Source of the DNA: Candidatus Bathyarchaeota archaeon
Lineage (GTDB): Archaea > Thermoproteota > Bathyarchaeia > Bathyarchaeales > Bathycorpusculaceae
Direction of reading: 5' to 3'
DNA: 64,000 bases
Assembly: GCA_963775465.1 (NCBI GenBank)
Contig: CAVZIW010000001.1
Location: 224,001-288,000, forward strand
A model generated the notes under the pieces. That model was not told the origin of the DNA. It searched no databases and was given only the letters and a program-made list of their open reading frames with translations. Each line of letters opens with the position of its first letter. Position 1 is the stretch's first letter. Shown here piece after piece: positions 32,427 to 43,122 of this stretch. Both the position numbers and the translations under genes were made by a program.

Positions 32427-32855
32427 TTAGGAAGTTTTTAACATAACTAATTCAGGAATCAATTGTTTTTCCAATACTATGAATTCTAAACCTTCTGTGC
32501 TGCCCAGTTGTTCAAGAGACCTTAGACCTTGTCGGGCTTGTTGCAAAACGAGTAAGCTTTCCTGATGGCTTTTAACGGCGTTTTCAATTACTGTCATTTG
32601 TTGAGATGGGTTGGCATCTAAAACTATTTTTATGTTGCCAACTTCAATTTCGCCCAAGCTTTCGTTAGCTTCATTTTTCTTTCCTGAAGACTTCATTACA
32701 ATTTCACGTATTTTCTGTGATGTTTCAGCCAACTTTCGTATCTCATCCAATTTACGAAGTAATTCACCCAAATTGCTTTTTGTTTGGGAAATTTTTTCAT
32801 CGAGAGATTCCGCAATTTCTTCAACTGAATTATATTTCTTAATTACTGCAACCAT
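32427..32855 (-). CDS. Coiled-coil hypothetical protein (helix-hairpin-helix)
   Basis: Two heptad-rich helices flanking GEIEVGNIKIVLD; AGAGGA SD. Confidence 0.7.
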   Translation of the reverse strand: MVAVIKKYNSVEEIAESLDEKISQTKSNLGELLRKLDEIRKLAETSQKIREIVMKSSGKKNEANESLGEIEVGNIKIVLDANPSQQMTVIENAVKSHQESLLVLQQARQGLRSLEQLGSTEGLEFIVLEKQLIPELVMLKTS

Positions 32856-33172
32856 TTATATTCCTCTTTTTATTTTGAGCCACATGTGTTCATTAGCTGG
32901 AACTTTTTTCGTGGACATGTGCATAACTTTATTACTCAAGTTGGTAATTGAGGCAAATTATATTTAAGATAATTGAATTTAAAATAAAGATTACAACTCA
33001 TAATATCGTTCAAATGTGAGGTGAAATCGATATAAAGAATTTCCTTTTTGAGAGAGATGATCAATGAAACCTCAGATGTTTTCCTAGAGATTGTATTTAT
33101 TCAAGAACTAGTTGATCAGTATAGAACCTAATTATTTCAAAAATTTTATATTAACTGAAATTATAACTAACA

Positions 33173-33403
33173 TTGGAGAAGGAGCCAAAGTTGAAAGGTG
33201 AAGAAGAAGTAATTATCAAAGTATTAAAGAAACAGTTGGAAAAAAGATTCCGAGTTGCTAATGTCAAGTCGAAATTTGATGATGAAGGCAACTTTTATGG
33301 TTTCACTTATGATTGTCCTGAAGAAGAACACGATGTAAAGGCTAGAGCTATAGACAAGTTTTTCAAAGATATAGGCCTTAAAAACCCTGAATATATAGTG
33401 TAG
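33173..33403 (+). CDS. Small hypothetical protein
   Basis: 76-aa charged ORF with protein-like composition. Confidence 0.45.
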   Translation: MEKEPKLKGEEEVIIKVLKKQLEKRFRVANVKSKFDDEGNFYGFTYDCPEEEHDVKARAIDKFFKDIGLKNPEYIV

Positions 33404-33660
33404 CGACGCAAAGGCCCAATAAACTGTTAAAGAAGCGCCGAGGAAATCAAAAAAGGGTAGATTAGCCAAAAAAAAATAACAAGTAATCAAACAAATCTTC
33501 ATGAAAGGCAGAATTTATCTCTCACCTTAGGAGGACTAGAGCAAACAGCTATTTTTTGAGAATAATAGCTATAACAACGTCGATAAGGTTATATCTCCTA
33601 ATTAGTGAATAGATGTCTGCTAAAACCAACTCCTAAAAGAAGTGCAGGCTGATTGGGAAA

Positions 33661-35124
33661 ATGGCAGAAGTACTTTTAACTGCTGACAGAACTCTAATGA
33701 GCAATTATCATAAAAACGAGTTTTTGGGTTTTGGTACATGCGCCCCTCCAAACTTTGTCCCCGAATGGCTCTACAGCTATCTTTTTTTTCCACCTCTGCC
33801 CACACGAGGTGGTCACCCCTGGACGGCACCTTACGGTCTAAGAAAAACAGAAGCCCAACTTATAAAGGAAGGCTTTAAAGTCGACACAGTTAGTCCAAGT
33901 CATTTAAAGGACCCCTTAAAAAAGGCGAAGGTCCTTGGTGTTTACGTAATGGATCCTTTTGGTTTGGGTCCAGCATCAACAACTCTTGCATCTATATTTA
34001 AAAAAGAGCCGTATCTAGCAAAATATTTCCAGGAACTCTTAAGATCTCCTGAGGTAAGAGAAGCCGAGAGAAATGGGTTAAAAATAATTGTTGGAGGTCC
34101 TGGAGCATGGCAGTTTCGTTACAGAGAAAAATCCTTTAAAGATCTACATATTGACTGTGTAGTAGAAGGAGAGGCCGAAAATGTTGTGGGAAAACTGTTC
34201 AGGGCGGCAATTGAAGGAGAAGATATCCCTAGCCACTATGAAGTTGCTGTCGGAGAAACTCCCAAATTGGAGGAAATTCCGGATATCGTTCAACCTTCAA
34301 TTAACGGTTTAGTTGAAATCGGTAGAGGTTGCTGCCGAGGTTGTAAATTTTGCAATGTTACTCAAAGGCCCTTAAGGTGGTATCCTCTTAATAAAATTGA
34401 ACATGAATTAAACGTTAATTTGACTTCAGGCAAAAGTTCTGCTATTTGTCTACATTCTGAAGATGTAATGCTTTATGGGTCAAAAGACACTGTACCAAAC
34501 GGTGAGAAACTTTTACAATTACATGAAATAGTTATGAAAAAATGCGATGGTTTAAGTTGGAGCCATTGCTCGTTGGCTGCAGTGGCTTCAAACCCCAAGC
34601 TTTTTTCACAGCTTTCAGAGATTATTCTTCAAAAACAGATGTGGTGGGGAGCCGAAATAGGCATTGAGACTGGGTCCCCTGAGGTAGCAAAAAAGATTAT
34701 GCCTGCAAAAGCGCTTCCGTTTAGGGCTGAAGAGTGGCATGATGTGGTTTGCGAAGGCATGAGTTTGATGCATGATAATAGAATGGTTCCAGCGTGTACA
34801 TTGATATTAGGATTGCCAGATGAGCGTGAAGAAGATGTTCTAAAAACGATGGATTTGGTTGATGATTTAAAGAGTATGCGCAGTTTGATTGTGCCTTTGT
34901 TTTTTGTTCCATTAGGAAAACTAAAGAGTCGTGATTGGTTTACTGAAACAAAACTTAGTTTTTTGCATAAGCAGCTTTTGATTCAATGTGCAGAACATGA
35001 CTTTTACTGGTTGAATAGCCTGTTAGATTGGACTTTTTCCGGTAAATGGTACAGTTGGATAAGCAAAGAATTCTACAAAGGATTTTCAGTTATTGCCAAA
35101 CGCAAGGTGCGACAAATAGAATGA
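33661..35124 (+). CDS. B12-binding-domain radical SAM protein
   Basis: APYGLRK, IIVGGPGAW, CCRGCKFC (CxxxCxxC), GIETGS and ILGLPDE motifs. Confidence 0.88.
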   Translation: MAEVLLTADRTLMSNYHKNEFLGFGTCAPPNFVPEWLYSYLFFPPLPTRGGHPWTAPYGLRKTEAQLIKEGFKVDTVSPSHLKDPLKKAKVLGVYVMDPFGLGPASTTLASIFKKEPYLAKYFQELLRSPEVREAERNGLKIIVGGPGAWQFRYREKSFKDLHIDCVVEGEAENVVGKLFRAAIEGEDIPSHYEVAVGETPKLEEIPDIVQPSINGLVEIGRGCCRGCKFCNVTQRPLRWYPLNKIEHELNVNLTSGKSSAICLHSEDVMLYGSKDTVPNGEKLLQLHEIVMKKCDGLSWSHCSLAAVASNPKLFSQLSEIILQKQMWWGAEIGIETGSPEVAKKIMPAKALPFRAEEWHDVVCEGMSLMHDNRMVPACTLILGLPDEREEDVLKTMDLVDDLKSMRSLIVPLFFVPLGKLKSRDWFTETKLSFLHKQLLIQCAEHDFYWLNSLLDWTFSGKWYSWISKEFYKGFSVIAKRKVRQIE

Positions 35125-35251
35125 GTATGGGAAAGTACCGTCTTCAGAACATTATCTTTTAAGGATAGCGTTTTCCCTAAATGGGAGGTTTAGAAAAATA
35201 CGCTATTATTTGCTTTCCTGATTCAATAAGTGATATAAGTAGATAGATAAG

Positions 35252-37960
35252 CTATGACTTTTTCAGTCGGTTAAATTGACTTAGAATAAAATTTTTCTCT
35301 TCCCTGTAGATAGATAGAGTTTCAAAAGTTTCATCGATACACAAAAGGTAGTTAGGTAAGTTTGCTAAGAGTTGGGTGAACTTTGTTTTCTTGGCTAAAA
35401 AAGCTTCATTTGCTTTTTTGAGGCGGATATTCAGCGAATTGTTCTTGCTCCAAGGGTAATCTTTAATGGGTAATGAATGCTCAATTGCATTTTCTTCAGA
35501 GATAAGTTTGTCATAAAGTAAAGAAAGAACGTCTTGAGACATGCAAAGTATTGATTGGGCGTTATTTTTTAAAGAGACAACTTTTAAGATAAACAGCGAT
35601 TTTTCATCTTTGTATTCTAAAGAGTTTTTTATTGCTTCGGCTTCTTTTGCGTAATCAAGGATTTTTGGCAAGTTGTCACCAAAGACCTCTGACAATGCAT
35701 GATTCTCATCTTCCAAACTTGCTATTGGGCCTAGTGATTTTTGCAAATGTTTAATCGATGAAGATACCTCAGCGCTATACTGTCTGTTCCAGTTGTGAAT
35801 GGAGTTATAGAGGGCTTCAACCGCAACCCATGGGGCTCCATTATTTTCTATACGTTCTTTGGCAAACTGTATGGTGTTGCTATTTTCGGGCAGAGACGGA
35901 TCGAATAATTCACGAATAGTGTCATAAATTGGTTCAACAGCACCTATTACTTGCTTGGCTACTGATTTTGTCTGAACTAAAACGCTCTCTATACTCTTTA
36001 TTCTTTCATCGAGAGTCATTTCCTGCTGTAAAGAAGCATTTGCCGTTGTGTTAACAGTTAAGCCACATTCTTTGAATTTACCTATCCAGTTAGAAAATTC
36101 TCCGGTGACCAAGATTTGATATTCAAGCAATATTTTGTTTAGTTCAATCTCTAGCTCGTCAACGTCTTTGTTTAACTTGTCAAGCTCAACGAATTTCTCA
36201 TTAATTTCGTTCACTTCGTAAAAGTGTTTTTCACACTTATCCACTATTTCTTTAACTAAGTCTCTTAGAACTAGCATTTTTCCTTCAGGGGTACTCACAT
36301 TAACTGGAATACTCTCTTTGACTTTACCTATCTGCTCGTTGAAAACGCCAAGTCTACCAAGAAGATTTTGGGCTTTTTGTTTCACCTCAAGCGTTGTTGC
36401 AGTTTGTTTAGGAGTAAAATCAACAAATATTACAGGCAATGTCAGCAGAAGAGTTGCTAAGGGAGCCAAGATGAATGTTGAAGGGGTAACATCAGCAGTA
36501 AAAGCTAAAGGTAATTGAAGAATACTCAAGAAAATAAAGAAGAGGGCACAAGTGATTGTAGCTGTAATGCATAGAAATAGCTTATCGCCTAGACTGATTA
36601 AACCGCCTTTGCTGGTTAGAGCTTTTGAGAAGAAAATGATTACTCCCGCAAGTCCTGCCACTATAACAACAAAAAGAAGTATTCCTGGAATAGAATCAAG
36701 ATATTGTCTAAGTGCATCAGCAAGTGTTCTTCCAAGAAAATTTGGTTCCCAAGTCATCTGACCAGCAATGTCGTAAATCACTTTAGAAGTATCATATAAG
36801 CGGAACTGGCTCATGGCCGAATTAAGATCTGTAAATATGGAGCTCAGAGACACAAAAATTGGAGGGCTAGAACCTGGTTCAAGCCACCAGTCAGGACGAG
36901 CAATATACGCTACAGTGTATTCAAAATACTGAACTATTTGAAGTGGCACTGAAAGTAAAACGTAATATATCATTGAAAGACTTGCATGTCTTTTGAAAAA
37001 AACTGCTGAAACTAGAATTAAGGGAATAGCCAAGAAATATGTCGAGTTTGAAAAGAGCATAGCGAAGGCCAATAAACCCAAATCTATAGCGAGAGCACTC
37101 TTGTAGCGATTGAAAATAATGGGCAAAATAATAAACAGAGTCATCCAAACGACAACAACTGCTACGCGAATTCGCATTTCGCCCAGAAAGGAGAAAAAGT
37201 AGAGTTCTGACAAATGAAAAATTAAACCCAAACCAATTAGTCCACCGCCTATGGGCATACCAAACCTTGGACTTCTGAAGGTTACAAATGCAACTAGTAT
37301 TGCAAGCAGTAACGGCAAAGGTTGAGGAAAAAGCGGCAAAAAAGACATAGTCAATGCCATGGCAATGGCAGTTATTATGAAAGTGAGGTATTTGAGTAAA
37401 GAAGATTCTTTGTTACGGTCTTGTTCAATTTTTTCTTTGTTTTTCTCTTTTCTCTTGTTTATCCATGATCTTATTTGGGGGGATCTAATGGAAAGTTTTC
37501 TCGTTTTCTTGGGCTCTGAAGTTTGAGTAGTTGGTGTTTGAAGATTAGTTTGAATCGGAGATTCAAAAGACTTACTTTCAGTGACTATTGTATCATTTGC
37601 CGGTTGGGAAGATTCTGTTTGTTGGACTGGTTCAACCTGATTTGGAGAGGGTTCACTTGAAGGGTTAGACGGCTGATTATTTGTGGTCGAAGGTTCAGTT
37701 TCTGGAGCAGCATCATTTGAAAATGGTGGTTCAACATTGGGTAAAGTGCTTTCTTTTTCGATTGAAGGGGTCGTTTGAGTGGCAATATCAACTTCTGATG
37801 TTGATGGTTCAACATTGGTTATATCATTTGGTAATTCAGAATTAGATGTGTTTATTTCCTTGTCAGCTTTAATTTTTGGTTCTTCTTCAGCCTTCCTTTT
37901 CTTTTTTCTTCTTCTAAAGAAGGATTTTATACCTAACATTATGTAGGAAGGCTCACCCAA
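35252..37960 (-). CDS. Large membrane protein: disordered Pro/Ser/Glu N-terminus, multi-TM core, long C-terminal coiled-coil region
   Basis: About 10 hydrophobic segments between aa ~190 and ~515, then ~380 aa helical, heptad-rich; third gene of the tubulin-like cluster. Confidence 0.75.
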   Translation of the reverse strand: MGEPSYIMLGIKSFFRRRKKKRKAEEEPKIKADKEINTSNSELPNDITNVEPSTSEVDIATQTTPSIEKESTLPNVEPPFSNDAAPETEPSTTNNQPSNPSSEPSPNQVEPVQQTESSQPANDTIVTESKSFESPIQTNLQTPTTQTSEPKKTRKLSIRSPQIRSWINKRKEKNKEKIEQDRNKESSLLKYLTFIITAIAMALTMSFLPLFPQPLPLLLAILVAFVTFRSPRFGMPIGGGLIGLGLIFHLSELYFFSFLGEMRIRVAVVVVWMTLFIILPIIFNRYKSALAIDLGLLAFAMLFSNSTYFLAIPLILVSAVFFKRHASLSMIYYVLLSVPLQIVQYFEYTVAYIARPDWWLEPGSSPPIFVSLSSIFTDLNSAMSQFRLYDTSKVIYDIAGQMTWEPNFLGRTLADALRQYLDSIPGILLFVVIVAGLAGVIIFFSKALTSKGGLISLGDKLFLCITATITCALFFIFLSILQLPLAFTADVTPSTFILAPLATLLLTLPVIFVDFTPKQTATTLEVKQKAQNLLGRLGVFNEQIGKVKESIPVNVSTPEGKMLVLRDLVKEIVDKCEKHFYEVNEINEKFVELDKLNKDVDELEIELNKILLEYQILVTGEFSNWIGKFKECGLTVNTTANASLQQEMTLDERIKSIESVLVQTKSVAKQVIGAVEPIYDTIRELFDPSLPENSNTIQFAKERIENNGAPWVAVEALYNSIHNWNRQYSAEVSSSIKHLQKSLGPIASLEDENHALSEVFGDNLPKILDYAKEAEAIKNSLEYKDEKSLFILKVVSLKNNAQSILCMSQDVLSLLYDKLISEENAIEHSLPIKDYPWSKNNSLNIRLKKANEAFLAKKTKFTQLLANLPNYLLCIDETFETLSIYREEKNFILSQFNRLKKS

Positions 37961-38130
37961 ATACTCAAACCCACTTTCTAATTATTTTTTTCTCTAATTC
38001 TGAAGAGGCACATCTGGAGATATTCAGCTTTGAAGAGTAATTAATGTAGCAATGCCGCGTTGACTTTATTTTGGCAATCATGTTGAAGTCGCCTATCCCT
38101 AAATTAAGAGAGGAGAGTTGCTCCTTTCTC

Positions 38131-40831
38131 TTACTTCTTGCTCTGATTGCCAGTGCTATTGTTGATTTGGCCACCGTTGCCGTTTAGTGTATTGATGATT
38201 TGCCCAGCTGCAACCGAATGTTCGAGTAGATATGAGCGTGATAAGTGCCTTTCAAATTCGTTTGATTTGGTATAGAGCAACTTCATTTCGTCAAATGCTT
38301 CCATATCTTCAGGTTTACCTCTTCCGCCAACAACTAGAACGCGTGTTGTCCAAGGGTCGCGAGATTCTAGAACGCGGACGGTGATTGTTCTTGAGACTTC
38401 GCTGGTTACATATCCTGCTAATGCAGTGTAGATTTCTTGAGACATATCATCTGCCCATAGATTCGATGGTGATTGTACAGTAACCCATAGGTAGTCTGTT
38501 TTGTAGGTCGGTTTATAGCCCATAACGCTAGGAGTTTTGAAAACTCGAACTATACTCTTCATGTAGTCTTTGTAATGGTCTTTGTCTAGTATGTCTCTAA
38601 CTATTACTTCTTTTGTGAGAGTCTCTTCCTGTTCTTTCAAGATTTTGAAAATAATCTTTTGTTGCTCTCTTACTGTTAAATCGGCTGATTTCTCAAAATA
38701 TTTCTTGGGCGCGGTAATTTCAGCAATTTTTTGAGCGTATTCCTTGTTTATGTCGACAATCTTGTTTAGTCTTTTTCGATATTCAGAGACAAGTTCAAAA
38801 CGCTTTGCGAGTTTTTCATACAATTTTATGGTGCCATCAACTTTGTCCAAGTTGTCTATGGCAAAGGCTTCTTCTTGCTCTAATCTCTTAAGATCTCTAT
38901 CAAGTTGAAGTAGTTGTTCTCGAGCATAACGTTTTGAGCTAAAAGTTTTCCGAAGCTGACGTTCCATTTTTGATTTATCGAATTCTTTTCGTTTTTTCGC
39001 TTCTTGGACTCTAATGACTTCGTTGTCAAAGTCGCCTCTTTTTTGCATTCGTTTAGTGAGAATTTCATTTACATAGGCCAAATGCTCGTCAATCATTCTT
39101 GCTTCGTCAAATGGTGTTCTAAGCATTAGTTGTATGATAAGGTAGATCGTGGAGAGTTCAGATTGGATATTTTTCAAGTCTTCCAGTTCATTTTTGCTTT
39201 CAGGAAGAACTTCATAATATCTTACCAAGGCGTCGGTTAGATACCTTGTTTCGTCATAGAACTTCATCAGTTTTAGTGATTTCTCAGCGATTTCAGCCAA
39301 GTTGACAAGATCTTCTAAAAGTTTCTTTTGACGGATTGTAAATACTTGTGAGCTAGGAATTAGCTGGTTGAGGCGTTCCACAATTGTAGCTTTACGTTGG
39401 GAGAAATCTAGATGTGTTTTAGTTAAGTTTGTTAGCAATGCTTCAATGTTGTCAGTTTTTCTTGATCCATCTTTTCGCAGGGTCAGGTTAATTATTGCGT
39501 CTTCGATTGGACCTGTCCTTCTCATGAATTTAACGGTCGATAGGAACTTTGAGATTTCTTCGATCCAATTTTTGAGCTGAATTTCTACTCCTTTTACATG
39601 TAATGATAAGTCGTCTTCTAGACGAGGGTTGCTATTGATGGTTGTTTTTAGTTTTTCTTCGAATTGGTCTTCATTATATGTTCCGGTTTTAATCAAGTAG
39701 TTTTTGAAAAGTTCTCTTGTGACCTCATAGTCAACTTCTATTATTTTTCCTATTTCATTGAGGATATCAATTTTTTCTTTTCTAAGATCTTGGAGTAGTT
39801 GAAGCCCTTCAAAGTTTAGCTTGTAGGCTGCAATGTATTCTTCAACTGGATAAACGATTTTTACCATTCCCAATGTATGTGCGGCATTAGTAGTTAATCC
39901 GACTTCTGTTCCTATGCCTCCCATTAGGTCAGCTAGGTCGAAGTCCATTAAGACATAGAGCATATCTACGACCATGTCATCCATTTCTTTTCTAGCATTG
40001 ACTATGTTCCCTACTTTTGAGTAGGCTGGTAATAGTGGCAAGTAAATTACAGCGTTTAGTGGATTACGGTAGCATTCACCATATTCTTTGACTACAAATT
40101 CGTTGTAGTCTTTGTTCAATAGCAGTTGAAGTTCGTTCATCGCAACAAATGCAGAACAACCTTTAGCTGGAGGGTCATCTCCACCGCACGGTGTAACAAC
40201 AAAAGCTATGATGGGTACACCCGAACCCAGGACTTTTCGTAAGTGCCTTGCAAAATCAAAAAAGACACCGCTTCCGGTTCCTCCGCCTAAGCCGTAAACC
40301 AAGATGACTGTCGGAGTAACTATTGACGAGAGCGCTTGTTCCTTAAAGGAGTTAATTGCGTTTTTTATAATTCCAAGTTGATAATAATTTAGGGCGTAGA
40401 TTGCCTTTGCTAAAGCTCTTCTTCTTCCAGCGCCACCAGCCATTGGGGGGATAGCCATTGTTGATTGCAGCCATGGAATGTAATTTTGAAGTTTTGCTCC
40501 TTCACCAAGTACATATTCTGGGTATTTTTGGTTTATGAAATCGAACATTGCTTCAGCAGTTGGGAATTTGACTGATTGTGCAATCAGCCGCATTCTTTCA
40601 GCAGGGATTCCGGATCGGTTCATCGATCTTTGTATTTGCTCGTTAGCTTCTAGTAGACTTCTAATTTCTGGGTCAGCGATGTCGATGGCTAATAACGAAA
40701 GACGAGTTATATCGTTTGCTAATAGCTCTCTGGTTTTTTTGCTCGTCAGGAAAGACTCGACTATGTTTGTTCCGGCTGAACCGAGCCCTATCACTTGAAC
40801 GCTATTTTGGTAGATTCGCGTAGGCTATCAC
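38131..40831 (-). CDS. Tubulin/FtsZ-superfamily GTPase with long coiled-coil insertion
   Basis: IGLGSAGTNIV (T1), GGAGRRRALAK (T3), GLGGGTGSG (T4 signature), DFDLAD (T7-like), terminal beta strands TITVRV/TRVLVVGG. Start uncertain (40794-40831). Confidence 0.85.
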
Positions 40832-41784
40832 ATCCCAACTATTCTTTTAAGCCGGTCCTTGACCGATTCTAGGTTTGACGACATTGATCTGTCTATTTTG
40901 GATGCGCGGAGTGTTAGTCCTTCTAAGTCTTTAATTTGATCTTCAACTACTAATTGGAAGTAGCTGACTTTTCCTCTCACTCTAAGAAATAATACTGCGA
41001 ATAGGGCTGATATTACTGCTAGAACTACAATTAGAGGAATGTATACGAATGTCATGACAGAAGATATGGGTTCGTTTGCTGTATTCAATCCGTTTAGTAA
41101 AGCTATGGCATTACTGACGTATCCGCCATTGGCTTCTGTTTGAGAAGCATTGAGAACATTGCTGTAGATGTCAATGTATCCTTGGTCAACGCCTGAAGAT
41201 TTAAGTGATTGCAGATGTGCTAATTTTTGGCTGTAAAGGGAATTATATTGGGTCATCAATGCTGTTGTTGCGACTATAGATATTTGGTCAATTGCAACAC
41301 CGCCTGTAGGACCAAACAAACTTACAACGTTAATTGGTGCTCCAGACTGAGAGGTGCTAGTTGGAATCTTGCCGTAAACTGTCATTGTAAAGGTTCCTAA
41401 AGTCCAAGTAAACTGGGCAGGATTAGCGTTTGGATTAAAATCACTACCTAAATTGTAATCTTGGGTGACCAATTCCCAGTATCTGTCGCTTAGTAATTTG
41501 CCCATTCCTGTTTGAAGCTTAAGATTGCCCGATCCAGCTGTAAAAACATTGATCGTAAAGGTTACCTTAACATCGGATCCAGGTACCACAGGCGACAGCG
41601 TTTGGTTAAGTCCAGTACTAGAATCATACTGAACCAGAACTTGGTCTGAATTGTTATCGACAATAGTGTAGCTTGTTATCCATTGACCTTCACCGACAGC
41701 TTGAACAATGGAAACTGGAATTGAAACTAAGAATACGGAAATTAACAATAAAACAAGGCTTGATACTAAGATTTTGTTCCTCAA
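40828..41784 (-). CDS. Single-pass membrane protein: extracellular beta domain, helical stalk, TM and cytoplasmic coiled coil
   Basis: Signal peptide, Thr/Ser/Asn-rich ectodomain, TM FVYIPLIVVLAVISALFAVLFL, tail EDQIKDLEGL...LESVKDRLKRI; abuts the tubulin-like gene. Confidence 0.75.
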   Translation of the reverse strand: MRNKILVSSLVLLLISVFLVSIPVSIVQAVGEGQWITSYTIVDNNSDQVLVQYDSSTGLNQTLSPVVPGSDVKVTFTINVFTAGSGNLKLQTGMGKLLSDRYWELVTQDYNLGSDFNPNANPAQFTWTLGTFTMTVYGKIPTSTSQSGAPINVVSLFGPTGGVAIDQISIVATTALMTQYNSLYSQKLAHLQSLKSSGVDQGYIDIYSNVLNASQTEANGGYVSNAIALLNGLNTANEPISSVMTFVYIPLIVVLAVISALFAVLFLRVRGKVSYFQLVVEDQIKDLEGLTLRASKIDRSMSSNLESVKDRLKRIVGM

Positions 41785-42285
41785 GGTACTTACCTATCGG
41801 GGTGTGTTATTGTATGATACATATAACACTTGCGCAAAAAGACATTATTATTTAAAACCAGAAAAATAGTCTCCATTAACAATAATAAGTCATCTCGACT
41901 AAATTTTTTTTAAAATATTTTTATTATAACGCTTGTTCAACCCATATGATTCAAATATTAAAGAATTTTACCATCATATAAATTAATTCAATTTAATCTT
42001 GCAGAGTGAAAAGCAAGATTTATCCAGCTTGGCAGATATCACAAATTAAGATTAAGAGAAACGTGCAACCATCAACATCAAGAAAGCAGTCAAGATAACT
42101 AACGTTCATAATTCATTTGGAGGCGATTAAGTTGCTTTGCTCAGAAAACCAATAGCTTTTGCTATTTCTGTTAAGCTCGATAGACGTTATTTTATTTTAA
42201 TAGACATTAATTTCGCTTCTAATCAATGTTCAAGTTTACTAACTTTCATATTAAAGTTAGTTTTAAGTGTTGATTATGTATAAAT

Positions 42286-43020
42286 ATGATGATGGGGGGT
42301 TTAGGCAAGATGAATAAAAAAAATCTGCTTACAATATCGGTGTTCATCGTGGTTTTGGTCATCATTTCTTCACTTTTATGGAGCGTTTTATTTCCACAAA
42401 TTCCTCTGAAATACGAAAAAACAATTACGCGAAATTTCGATAACTCGGAAGAACAAAGCGCAATAACAGCAGCTGAATCTATCGATTATTCTTCTATTAC
42501 ATCATTAGAGCGTTTTGGCGGTTCAGATGATTCTGAGAATTATCTTCATCCTAGCACCTACATATCATATGCACATGCCAACTTTATCGATTCAGATGTA
42601 ATAGATTATTATCAGACAAGGTATGAAAATCAACAGGGAAAAGAAATTCCCCGACAAGTAGAATTAAATTACGAAGCGAATGCAACCAAGTTCTCCCAAT
42701 TTCGAATATTCAATAGTCCAGCTCCCGAAGGGGTATCTTGGCACAATATCACAATCGTAATGTCTACCTCCAACGGCTCAAAAGAGGTTAATTCAGGAAA
42801 TATGCAATTCTTCTATAAGAACCAGACAAGTTACCAAATTACAAGATGGGATTACGATTTCAACTTCTCTGACTGCCATGTTATTGAAATGAAACTACGT
42901 TATTCTGAAATATATGCCCCTATAGCAGGATTTTTTGTAACAGTTCACCAAATAATTGTTCTTGATAGAAACCTTGAACCTGTTTTGTTAGGAATTGAAG
43001 CAGGAATGGCGGTTTCTTGA
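42286..43020 (+). CDS. Hypothetical secreted/membrane-anchored protein
   Basis: N-terminal TM followed by a polar domain with several NxS/T sequons. Confidence 0.65.
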   Translation: MMMGGLGKMNKKNLLTISVFIVVLVIISSLLWSVLFPQIPLKYEKTITRNFDNSEEQSAITAAESIDYSSITSLERFGGSDDSENYLHPSTYISYAHANFIDSDVIDYYQTRYENQQGKEIPRQVELNYEANATKFSQFRIFNSPAPEGVSWHNITIVMSTSNGSKEVNSGNMQFFYKNQTSYQITRWDYDFNFSDCHVIEMKLRYSEIYAPIAGFFVTVHQIIVLDRNLEPVLLGIEAGMAVS

Positions 43021-43122
43021 GTGCAGTAAATTATAAAAATTCTTCTTCCGAGCATAGTTAAACTTTATTTTTCTAAAGTTCTCTGTAGCTTCTTAGCTGA
43101 TTTATTCCAAAATGATGTTGAA

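Noticed and set aside
38131-40794. Calling the tubulin-like gene ftsZ or cetZ
   Set aside because: More than twice the usual length, divergent T1/T3 loops and a large insertion; only superfamily membership is supportable.
40825-40830. Selenocysteine/pyrrolysine recoding of the in-frame TGA-TAG between the membrane gene and the tubulin-like gene
   Set aside because: Two consecutive different stops would both need recoding, there is no supporting machinery in the window, and simpler explanations exist.
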